Below are positions 18,832 through 28,278 of a DNA stretch of 64,000 bases, one piece after another. The notes below the pieces were generated by a model. That model was not told where the DNA came from. It searched no databases and was given only the letters and a program-made list of their open reading frames with translations. The position numbers and the translations under genes are program-made. Origin of the DNA: a virus (taxonomy: Duplodnaviria > Caudoviricetes); IMG/VR virus record IMGVR_UViG_2834293421_000001, positions 1 through 64,000 of that record. The stretch is one strand, 5' to 3'. Numbering within the stretch: the first letter of the stretch is position 1; each line of letters starts with the position of its first letter.

Positions 18832-19038
18832 ATGGTTAAGTTAACAGAGAAAGAAAAAGAATTTTTAAAAGAGCATTTTCCATATAAAAAAGAACTTTTA
18901 ACTACACTAGATGTTGATGACATATTGACAGAATTGAATACGCTTATTCTTGAAATTGGATTTGACGAAGAATATAGATTAACTGATATTGGAAGAAAAG
19001 CTCAAAGAATGTATGACAACATATATAATAACAATTAA
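18832..19038 (+). CDS. Small protein, candidate immunity protein
   Basis: 68 aa, starts immediately after the toxin-like gene stop; terminator follows. Confidence 0.6.
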   Translation: MVKLTEKEKEFLKEHFPYKKELLTTLDVDDILTELNTLILEIGFDEEYRLTDIGRKAQRMYDNIYNNN

Positions 19039-19165
19039 AAGCACTTGCTTAATTTTAATAGTAGGTGCTTTTATTTTGTATAAATTTTGAAATAGTACTG
19101 ATTAGTTAGTATATTTTGGGAAAAAATGGTATAATTATATAAAATACAACTAGGGGTGATGTATA

Positions 19166-19678
19166 ATGGAAAAAATGCCAGTAGATATACTTATAGAAGG
19201 ATTAGAGGAATGGAATAAAAAAAGAAATTCAAAAAAAGCTCAAGATTATCTTACTTTATTATCGATTTTAAATGGAGATTTAGGAAATGACTTATCAGAA
19301 ATCTTTAATCCAGATGAAGGAATACAAAAACAATTAGATTTATTGAGAGCAAGAGTTATAGAACTATCTACAGAGCAAAATATTAATCAAGTTATGATTG
19401 TTGAGGGGATAGTATCTAGAATAAGTAGATATTTTAGACGTTCATATAGTGCTACTTTAAGAAATTTAATAATGTTCGAATCAATAGATAAAAATGAAAT
19501 GCCACATGCAGAACATTTAGCTGAAAAATTAAAAAATCCAGAATATCTGATTGGAATGGAGTTAGATGAAACTGAATGGGATTCAATAGTATCAAAACAT
19601 TTTAATGATTTTTTATTAGGATTAATGGATACACAAAATATATTGAAAGAAATTGAAAAATTAAAAAAACAAAATTAG
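19166..19678 (+). CDS. Hypothetical moron protein
   Basis: Own TGGTATAAT promoter; flanked by terminators (19037-19072, 19691-19717). Confidence 0.75.
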   Translation: MEKMPVDILIEGLEEWNKKRNSKKAQDYLTLLSILNGDLGNDLSEIFNPDEGIQKQLDLLRARVIELSTEQNINQVMIVEGIVSRISRYFRRSYSATLRNLIMFESIDKNEMPHAEHLAEKLKNPEYLIGMELDETEWDSIVSKHFNDFLLGLMDTQNILKEIEKLKKQN

Positions 19679-19756
19679 ATAAATCTCAATAAAAAAGCCT
19701 TAGAAATAGGGCTTTTTATTATGCAAAAATTTAATTTAAGAAAGGAATGACTATAG

Positions 19757-20362
19757 ATGGCAAAGTTAAGTGAAATATTAGGAGATAACTATAATGCGTT
19801 ATCTGAGGATATAAAAAGTAAATATAAGGATATAGATTTAGTTGATAGTTCTAAATATGTTGAAAAGACTAAGTTTGATGAAGTTAAGCAAGCTAAAAAG
19901 CAACTTGAAACAGATGTTAAAGATAGAGATACACAATTAGAAACTTTAAAGAAATCAGTTGGAGATAATTCTACTTTAAAGCAGCAAATTGAACAATTAC
20001 AAAATGATAATAAAAAGAAAGATGAAGAATATCAAGCAGAGCTTAAAGATTTAAAATTAACTAACGCTATTAAGTTAGCTATAACTGATTCAGCACAAGA
20101 TATTGATTTAGTGACTGGATTAATAGATAAATCTAAGCTTATTTTATCTGAAGATGGAACGGTTACAGGCTTAGATGAACAAATAACTGGATTAAAAGAA
20201 TCAAAAAGTTTCTTATTTAAATCAGAAGAATCCAATCAAAATAATACTATTCAATTTTCAAAGAGTACCAATTTAGGTAATAATGGAGCAACTACAAAGT
20301 CTCTAAGTGAGTTAATGCAAGCTAAAAATGCTAATCCAAATATGGAAATTAGCTTTAAATAA
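19757..20362 (+). CDS. Scaffolding protein (Gp20-like)
   Basis: Coiled coil; GLDEQITGLKES.SFLF. Confidence 0.88.
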   Translation: MAKLSEILGDNYNALSEDIKSKYKDIDLVDSSKYVEKTKFDEVKQAKKQLETDVKDRDTQLETLKKSVGDNSTLKQQIEQLQNDNKKKDEEYQAELKDLKLTNAIKLAITDSAQDIDLVTGLIDKSKLILSEDGTVTGLDEQITGLKESKSFLFKSEESNQNNTIQFSKSTNLGNNGATTKSLSELMQAKNANPNMEISFK

Positions 20363-20400
20363 ATATAAATAAAAAATAATAAAAGAAAGAAGGAATGACA

Positions 20401-21483
20401 ATGTCAAGTTTTAATGAAAAAATATTTAACGGTGAGGTATTTGGACAGTACATGAATACAGTACCTAACTTAAATAGAAATGAGCTTATAAAGAGTAAAG
20501 CTATAAGACAAAGACAAGATATAGCTAATTTATTTAGTGCACAAGTAGGTGGAAACTATGCAACTATACCTATAACTGGAAGAATAGGAGGAGAAGCACA
20601 AAATTATGATGGTAAAACATCAGCAGAAACACAAAAGTTAAAAACTTTTAGTCATAGTAGAGTTGTAGTAGGAAGACAGGCTGCTTGGGTAGAAACTGAC
20701 TTTAGTTATGATATAACTGGAGGTAAAGATTTCATGGAAGAAGTAGGAAAACAGGTTGCTGAATATTGGGATGAAATAGATCAAGCTACGATACTATCAA
20801 TATTAAAAGGTATTTTTAGCATGACAGGAAAAGAAAATTCAACTTTTGTAAAAGAACATACTTATGATATTACAGCAGCTAAAAATAAAGAAGAACAAGT
20901 ATTTAGTGCGACTACTTTAAATACAGCAATACAAAAGGCTTTAGGAGACAATAAGGCTAAGTTTTCTATATCAATAATGCATTCAGCTGTAGCTACTAAT
21001 TTAGAAAATTTAAAATTAATAGCATATATGAAATATACAGATGGTCAAGGTATAGAAAGAGATTTAACTCTAGGAACTTTAAATGGTAGGGTTGTTCTTA
21101 TAGATGACAACATGCCAGTAGAGAATGTAAAAGCCAAAGGAAATGAAGGGGAACTTAATTATGAGCCGGCTTATAATAAATATACTACTTATGTATTAGG
21201 TGATGGAGCTTTTGAATATACAAATTGTGGGGCTAAAGTTCCGAATGAGATGGCTAGGGATCCTAAAACAAATGGTGGGGAAACTACTTTATATAGTAGA
21301 CAAAGAAAAATATTTGCTCCTTTTGGAATATCATTCACTAAAGCATCTATGGCTAGTTTATCTCCTACAGATGCAGAGCTAGAAATGGGAGTTAATTGGG
21401 AGTTATGTAATAATACAGGAGAATCAAAAGAATATATAGAGCATAAATTAATACCTATAGCTAGAGTAATAACTAGAGGATAG
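20401..21483 (+). CDS. Major capsid protein
   Basis: FNGEVFGQY, QNYDG, MHSAVATNLE, RDPKTNGG; follows scaffold. Confidence 0.88.
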   Translation: MSSFNEKIFNGEVFGQYMNTVPNLNRNELIKSKAIRQRQDIANLFSAQVGGNYATIPITGRIGGEAQNYDGKTSAETQKLKTFSHSRVVVGRQAAWVETDFSYDITGGKDFMEEVGKQVAEYWDEIDQATILSILKGIFSMTGKENSTFVKEHTYDITAAKNKEEQVFSATTLNTAIQKALGDNKAKFSISIMHSAVATNLENLKLIAYMKYTDGQGIERDLTLGTLNGRVVLIDDNMPVENVKAKGNEGELNYEPAYNKYTTYVLGDGAFEYTNCGAKVPNEMARDPKTNGGETTLYSRQRKIFAPFGISFTKASMASLSPTDAELEMGVNWELCNNTGESKEYIEHKLIPIARVITRG

Positions 21484-21487
21484 GATT

Positions 21488-21829
21488 ATGGATAAATATG
21501 TAGATTATAAGTTTTATAGTGAAGTCTTTGGAGGAAAATTATCTTCTAAAGACTTTTCTTTATATGAATTTAAAGCTAGAAAATTTATAGATACTATAAC
21601 CTTTAATAGAATCAATGAAAATAACTTAAATGATGATATAAAAATGGCCGTATGCATAGCAATAGAAAAAACTAAAAAGTCAGATTCTGAAAGGAGCTTT
21701 AAATTAAGTGAAACAGTTGGGAAACATAGCGTTTCTTACTCAGAAAGTCTTTTAAGAAAGTTTGAATCTAGTCTTTATAAAGAAATAAGTATATATTTAC
21801 CAAATGATTTACTTTATAGAGGTGTGTAA
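21488..21829 (+). CDS. Head-tail adaptor
   Basis: YVDYKFY...SETVGKHSVSY...LLYRGV. Confidence 0.8.
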   Translation: MDKYVDYKFYSEVFGGKLSSKDFSLYEFKARKFIDTITFNRINENNLNDDIKMAVCIAIEKTKKSDSERSFKLSETVGKHSVSYSESLLRKFESSLYKEISIYLPNDLLYRGV

Positions 21830-21831
21830 GT

Positions 21832-22257
21832 ATGGCTAATATGACTTTATTTAATAGTATATATAATCCGGAGACGGAGCGTACAGAGTATATACGAACT
21901 TATTTATATGATATTGACTGGCAAGGGGAGCAAGCTGTTACAGTAGGTGATAAAGGTTTATTAAGCGCTGATAAAATAACTTGTTTCATACCATTTACAG
22001 TTAATACAGAAGATAAAAAATATATCTCTCCTGGAGAATTTAATAAATTGGATATTAAAGAAGCTAATAAATTTTACACATTAAAAAAAGCTGATTTTAT
22101 AGTAAAAGATATAGTTGATTTTAAACTTTCTTCATATGAAAGAGGTAAGCAATTTAAAGATTTAGAACGTCTTTATACAGTTGGAACTATAGTAAGTGTA
22201 ATAAAAAATGATTTTGGAAGTGAATACTTACAACATTGGGAAGTAGGTGCTAAGTAA
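21832..22257 (+). CDS. Head closure/neck protein
   Basis: Synteny; DFGS..LQHWEVGAK. Confidence 0.7.
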   Translation: MANMTLFNSIYNPETERTEYIRTYLYDIDWQGEQAVTVGDKGLLSADKITCFIPFTVNTEDKKYISPGEFNKLDIKEANKFYTLKKADFIVKDIVDFKLSSYERGKQFKDLERLYTVGTIVSVIKNDFGSEYLQHWEVGAK

Positions 22258-22616
22258 TGCCACTTAATGTTACTTTTAAGATGGATGGAATAGAAAAGAT
22301 TTTAGCTAAACGAAACCTTGAGGAAAGAGGAAAGGCCCAGGGATTTTTAACTAATGAAGTAGCTAGGATGGCTAACCCTTACGTACCATTTAAAACAGGC
22401 GCATTAAAAGATACACAGGTAGAAATTTCAAATGGAAAAATTAAATATAAAGCTCCTTATGCTCGTAAACAGTACTACAACAACTCAGGAAATGGAAAAC
22501 AAGGTACGAATAAAGGTGGTATGAGAGGTAAGCGATGGATTGAAAGAATGTGGGCAGATAAAGGTCCGGAAATTGTAAAGTCTGTTGCTTCATTTGTAGG
22601 AGGGAAAGCTAAATAA
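22257..22616 (+). CDS. Minor capsid/neck protein
   Basis: YVPFKTGALK, PYARKQYY, GKRWIER. Confidence 0.8.
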   Translation: MPLNVTFKMDGIEKILAKRNLEERGKAQGFLTNEVARMANPYVPFKTGALKDTQVEISNGKIKYKAPYARKQYYNNSGNGKQGTNKGGMRGKRWIERMWADKGPEIVKSVASFVGGKAK

Positions 22617-23045
22617 ATGACTATTATAGAGAGCATAAGAAAATTTATAAAAAAATGCCCTTTTTTAGAAGAGTTTAATGGAGCTGTAAGAATAGGAGTT
22701 GACTATTTAGATTCAGAAACAACTACATATTCTATAGAAAAAGTTCCATGTAACCCTATTATAAAAAAGTATGTTGATGGATCTAGTAAAAGACAAGAAC
22801 AATTTATATTTGCAAGTAGGGAAAGTTATGGCGAAGATATATTTAATAACTTGGAAAATATTAATTTTTATGAAAAATTTGCAGAGTGGATTGAACAAAA
22901 CAACGATGAAGGTAATTTACCTATTTTAGATAATAAAGAGGCTTTATCAATAGAACTAACAAGCAATGGATATGCCTTTCAAACAGATATTGACAAAGCT
23001 CAATATCAAATACAAATGAAATTAATTTATATGGAAGGGAAGTAG
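22617..23045 (+). CDS. Tail terminator/completion protein
   Basis: YVDGSS.RQ.QF, AQYQIQ; synteny. Confidence 0.7.
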   Translation: MTIIESIRKFIKKCPFLEEFNGAVRIGVDYLDSETTTYSIEKVPCNPIIKKYVDGSSKRQEQFIFASRESYGEDIFNNLENINFYEKFAEWIEQNNDEGNLPILDNKEALSIELTSNGYAFQTDIDKAQYQIQMKLIYMEGK

Positions 23046-23050
23046 ATAAA

Positions 23051-23536
23051 ATGGCTGTAAGAAAGAGAAAAACAGTAGCTGACTATTTAAAGGTTGGTAA
23101 GGAGTTTGTTTTTATGGGTGTAGGATTTACGGAGTTAAATGAAAGTCCAAGTGCTAAAACAAAAAGCAAACAATATATAAATGAACAATCAGCAACAACA
23201 AGTATAACAGGATATGAAACTGAATTTGGTTTTGAAACAGACCAGATAAGAGATGAAAAAGCCATAGATTTTATATGTAACATTGGAGAACTTCAAAAAA
23301 TTGGAGCAGATGCTGAAACAGAATATATAAAGGTAGATTTAGATAAGCCTGCAAAAGCCGAGAATGGATTTAGAGCAAGAAAGTTTAAGGTAGCTGTATC
23401 TATAGACGATTTTGAAGCTAAAGACAATGAAATGAGTGCTAAAGGGAAATTACTAGGTATGGGAGACTTAGTAGTAGGAACTTTTGATACATCTACTAAG
23501 ACCTTTACAGAAGGTTTTGAAGCTAAAACAGAATAA
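23051..23536 (+). CDS. Major tail tube protein
   Basis: MGVGFTELNESP.A...QYIN; synteny. Confidence 0.8.
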   Translation: MAVRKRKTVADYLKVGKEFVFMGVGFTELNESPSAKTKSKQYINEQSATTSITGYETEFGFETDQIRDEKAIDFICNIGELQKIGADAETEYIKVDLDKPAKAENGFRARKFKVAVSIDDFEAKDNEMSAKGKLLGMGDLVVGTFDTSTKTFTEGFEAKTE

Positions 23537-23553
23537 TTAAAGGGGTGTATGTA

Positions 23554-23955
23554 ATGATAAAGATTTTAGGTGAAGAGTTTGAATTAGATACAATGGATCT
23601 AGATGTATCTGAAACTATAGAAAAGGAAATGAAAAAAGTTCCTGAAAAACTTAACAAATTAAGCAATAATGTAACTAGGATAGAGGCTATAAGAGAAACT
23701 GTAACTATAGTTTCAGAATGTATGGATAATATTTTAGGTAAAGGTGCAAGTGAAAGAATATTTAAGGGTAAAAGAAATCTTAAATTAGCTATGAAAGCAT
23801 TTGAAGAGTTAGCTATAGGTATAAGTAAAGAAGATGAAAATGTAGAAAAAGAATTTCAACAATCTATAAATAAATATTCTTCAAATAGAGTAGCTAAAAG
23901 ACACTCAAATCACCAAAATAAAAAAACTTACAATAAAAATTATAACAAAAAATAA
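23554..23955 (+). CDS. Tail assembly chaperone
   Basis: LGKGASERIF motif; follows tail tube. Confidence 0.7.
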   Translation: MIKILGEEFELDTMDLDVSETIEKEMKKVPEKLNKLSNNVTRIEAIRETVTIVSECMDNILGKGASERIFKGKRNLKLAMKAFEELAIGISKEDENVEKEFQQSINKYSSNRVAKRHSNHQNKKTYNKNYNKK

Positions 23956-24575
23956 TGAATATACTTATTGATTTACTACCTACAAAAGTAGAAATAGGAA
24001 AGAAGATGTACAAAATCAATTCAGATTTTCGTACATCTATTTTATTTGAATTGTTGATGTATGATGATTCTATTTCTGATGAATTTAAATGTATTCAGGC
24101 TTTAGAGTTGTATTACCCTTCAATGCCACCAGAAAGATATTTTGAAGATGCTATACATAAAATATTATGGTTTTATAGTTGCGGCAAAGAAACTGAGAAT
24201 AAAGATGAAAATACTGAAAATATCCATTCTAAGGTAGAGAGAGTATATTCTTATGAATATGATGATAGTTATATCTATAGTGCTTTTTTAAGCCAGTATA
24301 ATATAGATTTACAAGATATAGACAATTTACATTGGTGGAAATTTAAAGCAATGTTTGAATCTTTAAAAGAAGATAATAAGATTTGTGAAATAATGAAATA
24401 TAGAGCATCTGATTTATCTAAAATAAAGGATAAAGAAGAAAAAGCATTTTATAAAAAGATGAAACAAGTATATAAACTTCCTGAGTATATAGATAAAGAG
24501 CAAAAAGAAAAAGAAGATGAAATTGCTAAAATATTAATGGGGGATGGAGTATTAGACCTTGATGTACTTACTTAA
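23955..24575 (+). CDS. Gp15-family tail chaperone
   Basis: INSDFR, IYSAFLSQYNIDL, LHWWKFKAMF. Confidence 0.88.
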   Translation: MNILIDLLPTKVEIGKKMYKINSDFRTSILFELLMYDDSISDEFKCIQALELYYPSMPPERYFEDAIHKILWFYSCGKETENKDENTENIHSKVERVYSYEYDDSYIYSAFLSQYNIDLQDIDNLHWWKFKAMFESLKEDNKICEIMKYRASDLSKIKDKEEKAFYKKMKQVYKLPEYIDKEQKEKEDEIAKILMGDGVLDLDVLT

Positions 24576-24627
24576 GAAATAGTAGGTACTTTTTTATACC
24601 CAAATTTAAATGAAAGGAGGGTGATAT

Positions 24628-27519
24628 ATGTCAGATGGAACTATTGTAATTGATACCAGGATAGATAGTTCTGGAGCAAGAAGAGGAACTAGAGAACTAT
24701 ATCAAGAAGCTAATAGATTAGCTAATGAATATAAAAGAGCTGGAATGAGTTCTTCTCAAGCTTGGAAAAGAGCTTGGAGTGAAATAGAAGGTAGTAGTAG
24801 ACGAGGAACAAATGAAGTAAGAGGAAATATAAATTCTATATCATCTATTGCAAAAAAATGTGCAACTGCTCTAGGTGGCTTATTTATATTAGATAAAGTT
24901 AAAGATTATGCTACTGAAGTTGTTAAAACTGGAATTAGTTATAATGCTATGTCAGAACAAGCACAAGTTGCATGGGCTACTATTTTAGGAAGTCAATCAA
25001 AAGCATCTCAGATGATGAAAGATATTGAAAAATATGCAGCTGAAACTCCTTTTAGTAAAATGGGAGTCGATGCAATGGCCAAACAATTAACCAATGCTGG
25101 ATTTCATGGGAAAGCACTGTTTGACCAATTAACTAAGTTTGGTAATATGGGTTCAGCTTTTGGTATACAGGAAGATAGTTTAAAAGAAATGGTTAGACAG
25201 TATTCTCAAGTTCAACAAGCACAAGTTGCATATACTGAAGATTTAAATATACTTCAAGATAGAGGTATTCCAATATTTAAGGCATTAGCCGAAGTTATGG
25301 GAGTTCCTGTTTCACAGGTTAAAAAACTAGCTAGTGAAGGTAAGGTTACAGCTGATGTTTATAATAAAGCAATAGATAGTATCGCAAGTCATACAACTGG
25401 GGCCATGGAAAATCAATCAAAAACTTTTTCAGGTATGATGTCAACATTAGAAGATAACTTATCAATGTTAGCTGGAGCACTAGCTAAGCCTATATTTGAT
25501 AAAATGAAAGAGAATTTACAAGGCTTAATGCCTAAACTAGAAGAGTTTACTACCTTAGTTGGTAAAGAAGGTATAGGAAATGCAATAAGCACTATGTTCC
25601 CACAGTTAAAACCTTTAGTAGATTTTTTTACAAGTATAGCTAATGTATTAACTACAGTTGTTATACCAGCTCTTTTAAATTTTGGGGGATGGATAGCATC
25701 TAACATTGGACCTATTTCATTTTTAGCAACAACCATTGGTGGAGCTGTGTTAGCATTTAAAGGGTTTATGATTGTAAAAGGCATTGTTTCTGCATTTCAA
25801 GAGGCTCAATTAGCAATAGCTTTATTTTCAATGAATGCCGAAGGAGCTACTATAGCACAAGGAGCATTTAATGGAATGTTGAGTATAGGAGAAACAGTTG
25901 TTGCTTTACTTACTGGAAAAGTTACTTTAGCTGCTTTAGCACAAGAGGCTTGGAATGCTGTAATGGCAATGAACCCTATAGGTTTATTAGTTATGGCAAT
26001 AGGAGCTTTAGTAGCAGCGTTTATTTATTTTTGGAATACATCTGAAAGCTTTAGAAACTTTTGGATTGGATTATGGGATGCTGTAAAGAATGCTTGTATT
26101 ACAGCCTGGAATTCAATATGTACATTTTTTACTGATACAATACCAAATGCATTTAATAGCATAATTAATTTTTTTAAATCTGATTGGAAAGAAATATTAT
26201 TATTTATAGTTAATCCATTTGCTGGGGCTTTTATGTTAGCTTATAAGCACTGTGATGGTTTTAGAAATTTTATAAATAACTTAGTAAATAATATAAAGAT
26301 GTTTTTTGTAAATGGTTTTAATAATATGAAAACTTCTGTAATTAACTTTGCAACTAATGCATTACTTACAATACAAACATGGGGTACTAATGTATGGAAT
26401 TTTTTTGTAGTAACAATTCCTTCATGGATTACTAATATTTTTAATTGGTTTAATGAGTTACCATATAAAATAGGTTTTGCTTTAGGTTTTGTAGTAACTA
26501 AAATTATTATGTGGGGAGTTGGAGTTTGGAATTATTTAATGACTAATGTACCAATTTGGATTAATAATGTAGGAACATGGTTCTCAGAACTTCCAGGTAA
26601 AATATGGACTTGGCTGTGTGATTCAATAAATAAAGTGGCTGCCTGGGGTTCTGAGATGTGGGATAAAGCTACAACTATAGCTAGTCAATTTATTTCAGAT
26701 TGTATAAATTATGTATGTCAGTTACCAGGGAAAATATGGAATTGGTTATGTATAACAATAAATAAAGTTTCTGCTTGGGGGTCTCAAATGTGGGCTAGGG
26801 CTAAAGCTATAGCCAGTCAATTTGTTTCAGATTGTATAAACTATATATGCCAGCTACCGGGGAAAATATGGACCTGGCTTTGTAATGCTATATCTAAAGT
26901 AGCAGCTTGGGGAAGTAACCTTTGGAATACTGGGAAAAATGCAGCTTTAAGATTAGTACATGCTGTTGTTGATACTGTTAAATCTATACCTGGAAAGATG
27001 ATTTCTATTGGTAGAAATATAGTTCATGGAGTATGGAATGGTATAACAGGAGCAGCAGGATGGTTTAAAAGTAAAATTCATGATTTTTTTGGTGGAATAG
27101 TTGATGGTGCAAAATCGGCTTTAGGAATCCATTCTCCAGCTAGAAAAATGATTCCTATAGGTAAATATACTGTAGAGGGTACTGAAGTTGGTATGTCTAA
27201 ACAATTCCCAAAGATGCAAGAAAAGTTTAAAGGTAAAGTACATGGACTTGTTTCTGACATGAAAGCTAAAGTACAATATGAATCTATTTCTTTAGGAAGT
27301 TCCATTTTATCAAAGAGTAATTTTGATATTATAGAAAAAAATAATGATAAAAATAATCAATCAGATGTTTCAGGAGTTATTTCATCTTTAAATAAAACTT
27401 TAAAATCTCTTGATCCAAAGATTTACTTAGATAGTAATGAACTTCTTTACTCTAAAGCCGAATTAATAAAAAATTCTTTAGATAGTAATGAACAAAGGAA
27501 TCCTAAATTTGCATATTAA
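24628..27519 (+). CDS. Tape measure protein
   Basis: AAETPF, GIPIF, MNPIGL, Trp-rich ~40-aa repeats, LGIHSPAR. Confidence 0.93.
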   Translation: MSDGTIVIDTRIDSSGARRGTRELYQEANRLANEYKRAGMSSSQAWKRAWSEIEGSSRRGTNEVRGNINSISSIAKKCATALGGLFILDKVKDYATEVVKTGISYNAMSEQAQVAWATILGSQSKASQMMKDIEKYAAETPFSKMGVDAMAKQLTNAGFHGKALFDQLTKFGNMGSAFGIQEDSLKEMVRQYSQVQQAQVAYTEDLNILQDRGIPIFKALAEVMGVPVSQVKKLASEGKVTADVYNKAIDSIASHTTGAMENQSKTFSGMMSTLEDNLSMLAGALAKPIFDKMKENLQGLMPKLEEFTTLVGKEGIGNAISTMFPQLKPLVDFFTSIANVLTTVVIPALLNFGGWIASNIGPISFLATTIGGAVLAFKGFMIVKGIVSAFQEAQLAIALFSMNAEGATIAQGAFNGMLSIGETVVALLTGKVTLAALAQEAWNAVMAMNPIGLLVMAIGALVAAFIYFWNTSESFRNFWIGLWDAVKNACITAWNSICTFFTDTIPNAFNSIINFFKSDWKEILLFIVNPFAGAFMLAYKHCDGFRNFINNLVNNIKMFFVNGFNNMKTSVINFATNALLTIQTWGTNVWNFFVVTIPSWITNIFNWFNELPYKIGFALGFVVTKIIMWGVGVWNYLMTNVPIWINNVGTWFSELPGKIWTWLCDSINKVAAWGSEMWDKATTIASQFISDCINYVCQLPGKIWNWLCITINKVSAWGSQMWARAKAIASQFVSDCINYICQLPGKIWTWLCNAISKVAAWGSNLWNTGKNAALRLVHAVVDTVKSIPGKMISIGRNIVHGVWNGITGAAGWFKSKIHDFFGGIVDGAKSALGIHSPARKMIPIGKYTVEGTEVGMSKQFPKMQEKFKGKVHGLVSDMKAKVQYESISLGSSILSKSNFDIIEKNNDKNNQSDVSGVISSLNKTLKSLDPKIYLDSNELLYSKAELIKNSLDSNEQRNPKFAY

Positions 27520-27536
27520 GGATTCCTTTTTAGATT

Positions 27537-28265
27537 ATGGGGGTGATACTTATTAAAGCATATATTCAAATAGATGGTATAAACTCTTTCTATAGTTTAG
27601 GATTGCATATGTATTTAATTGATATAGAAAGTATAAATGAAGATGTAGAGCATACTCCAGTAGAAGGTAGAAGTGGGACACTAACAGAAAGAAAAGGTAC
27701 TTATCCAGATAGAAAGTTACATTTTGGATTTGACTTAAAACGTAGATCAAAGGAATCTCTTGAAAGCTTTTATAGTAGAATATTTGATGTTGAAGAATGG
27801 ATTGATAATTCTATAGGTAAAGAATTAATTTGTTTTACAAACTGTAACTTTAAATATCTAATAAAAAGTGTTTCTAAAAAGACAGAGTCTACAATGCATA
27901 TGTGTTCAATAGAAATAGAATTTGTATGTGATCCATTTAGATATTTAGCAAATGAAATACCTATAGTTTTAAATTCATCTACTAATATATTCTACTTAGG
28001 AACAGTACCAGGAGAATGCAATATAAAAATATATGGTCAAGGTAATGTACAGCTTACTATAAACTCAAATACCATTATAATCAATAATATTAATGATTAT
28101 GTTGAGTTAGATAGTAAGCTTTTAGAGTGCACAGACAAAGATAGGTTAAGCAAAACTAGAGATATGATTGGACATTTCTCCGTATTAACAAGAGGTGATA
28201 ATAAAATTAGTTGGGTAGGTAATGTATCTAAAATTGAGATACTACCAAGGACAGCATTTAAATAG
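27537..28265 (+). CDS. Distal tail protein (Dit)
   Basis: VEGRSGTL, FVCDPFRY, GDNKISW. Confidence 0.85.
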   Translation: MGVILIKAYIQIDGINSFYSLGLHMYLIDIESINEDVEHTPVEGRSGTLTERKGTYPDRKLHFGFDLKRRSKESLESFYSRIFDVEEWIDNSIGKELICFTNCNFKYLIKSVSKKTESTMHMCSIEIEFVCDPFRYLANEIPIVLNSSTNIFYLGTVPGECNIKIYGQGNVQLTINSNTIIINNINDYVELDSKLLECTDKDRLSKTRDMIGHFSVLTRGDNKISWVGNVSKIEILPRTAFK

Positions 28266-28278
28266 GAGTATATATATT

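Noticed and set aside
26560-26930. 120-bp tandem repeats in the tape-measure gene and a 105-bp duplication near 30226-30380
   Set aside because: Ordinary in-frame protein repeats of tail proteins
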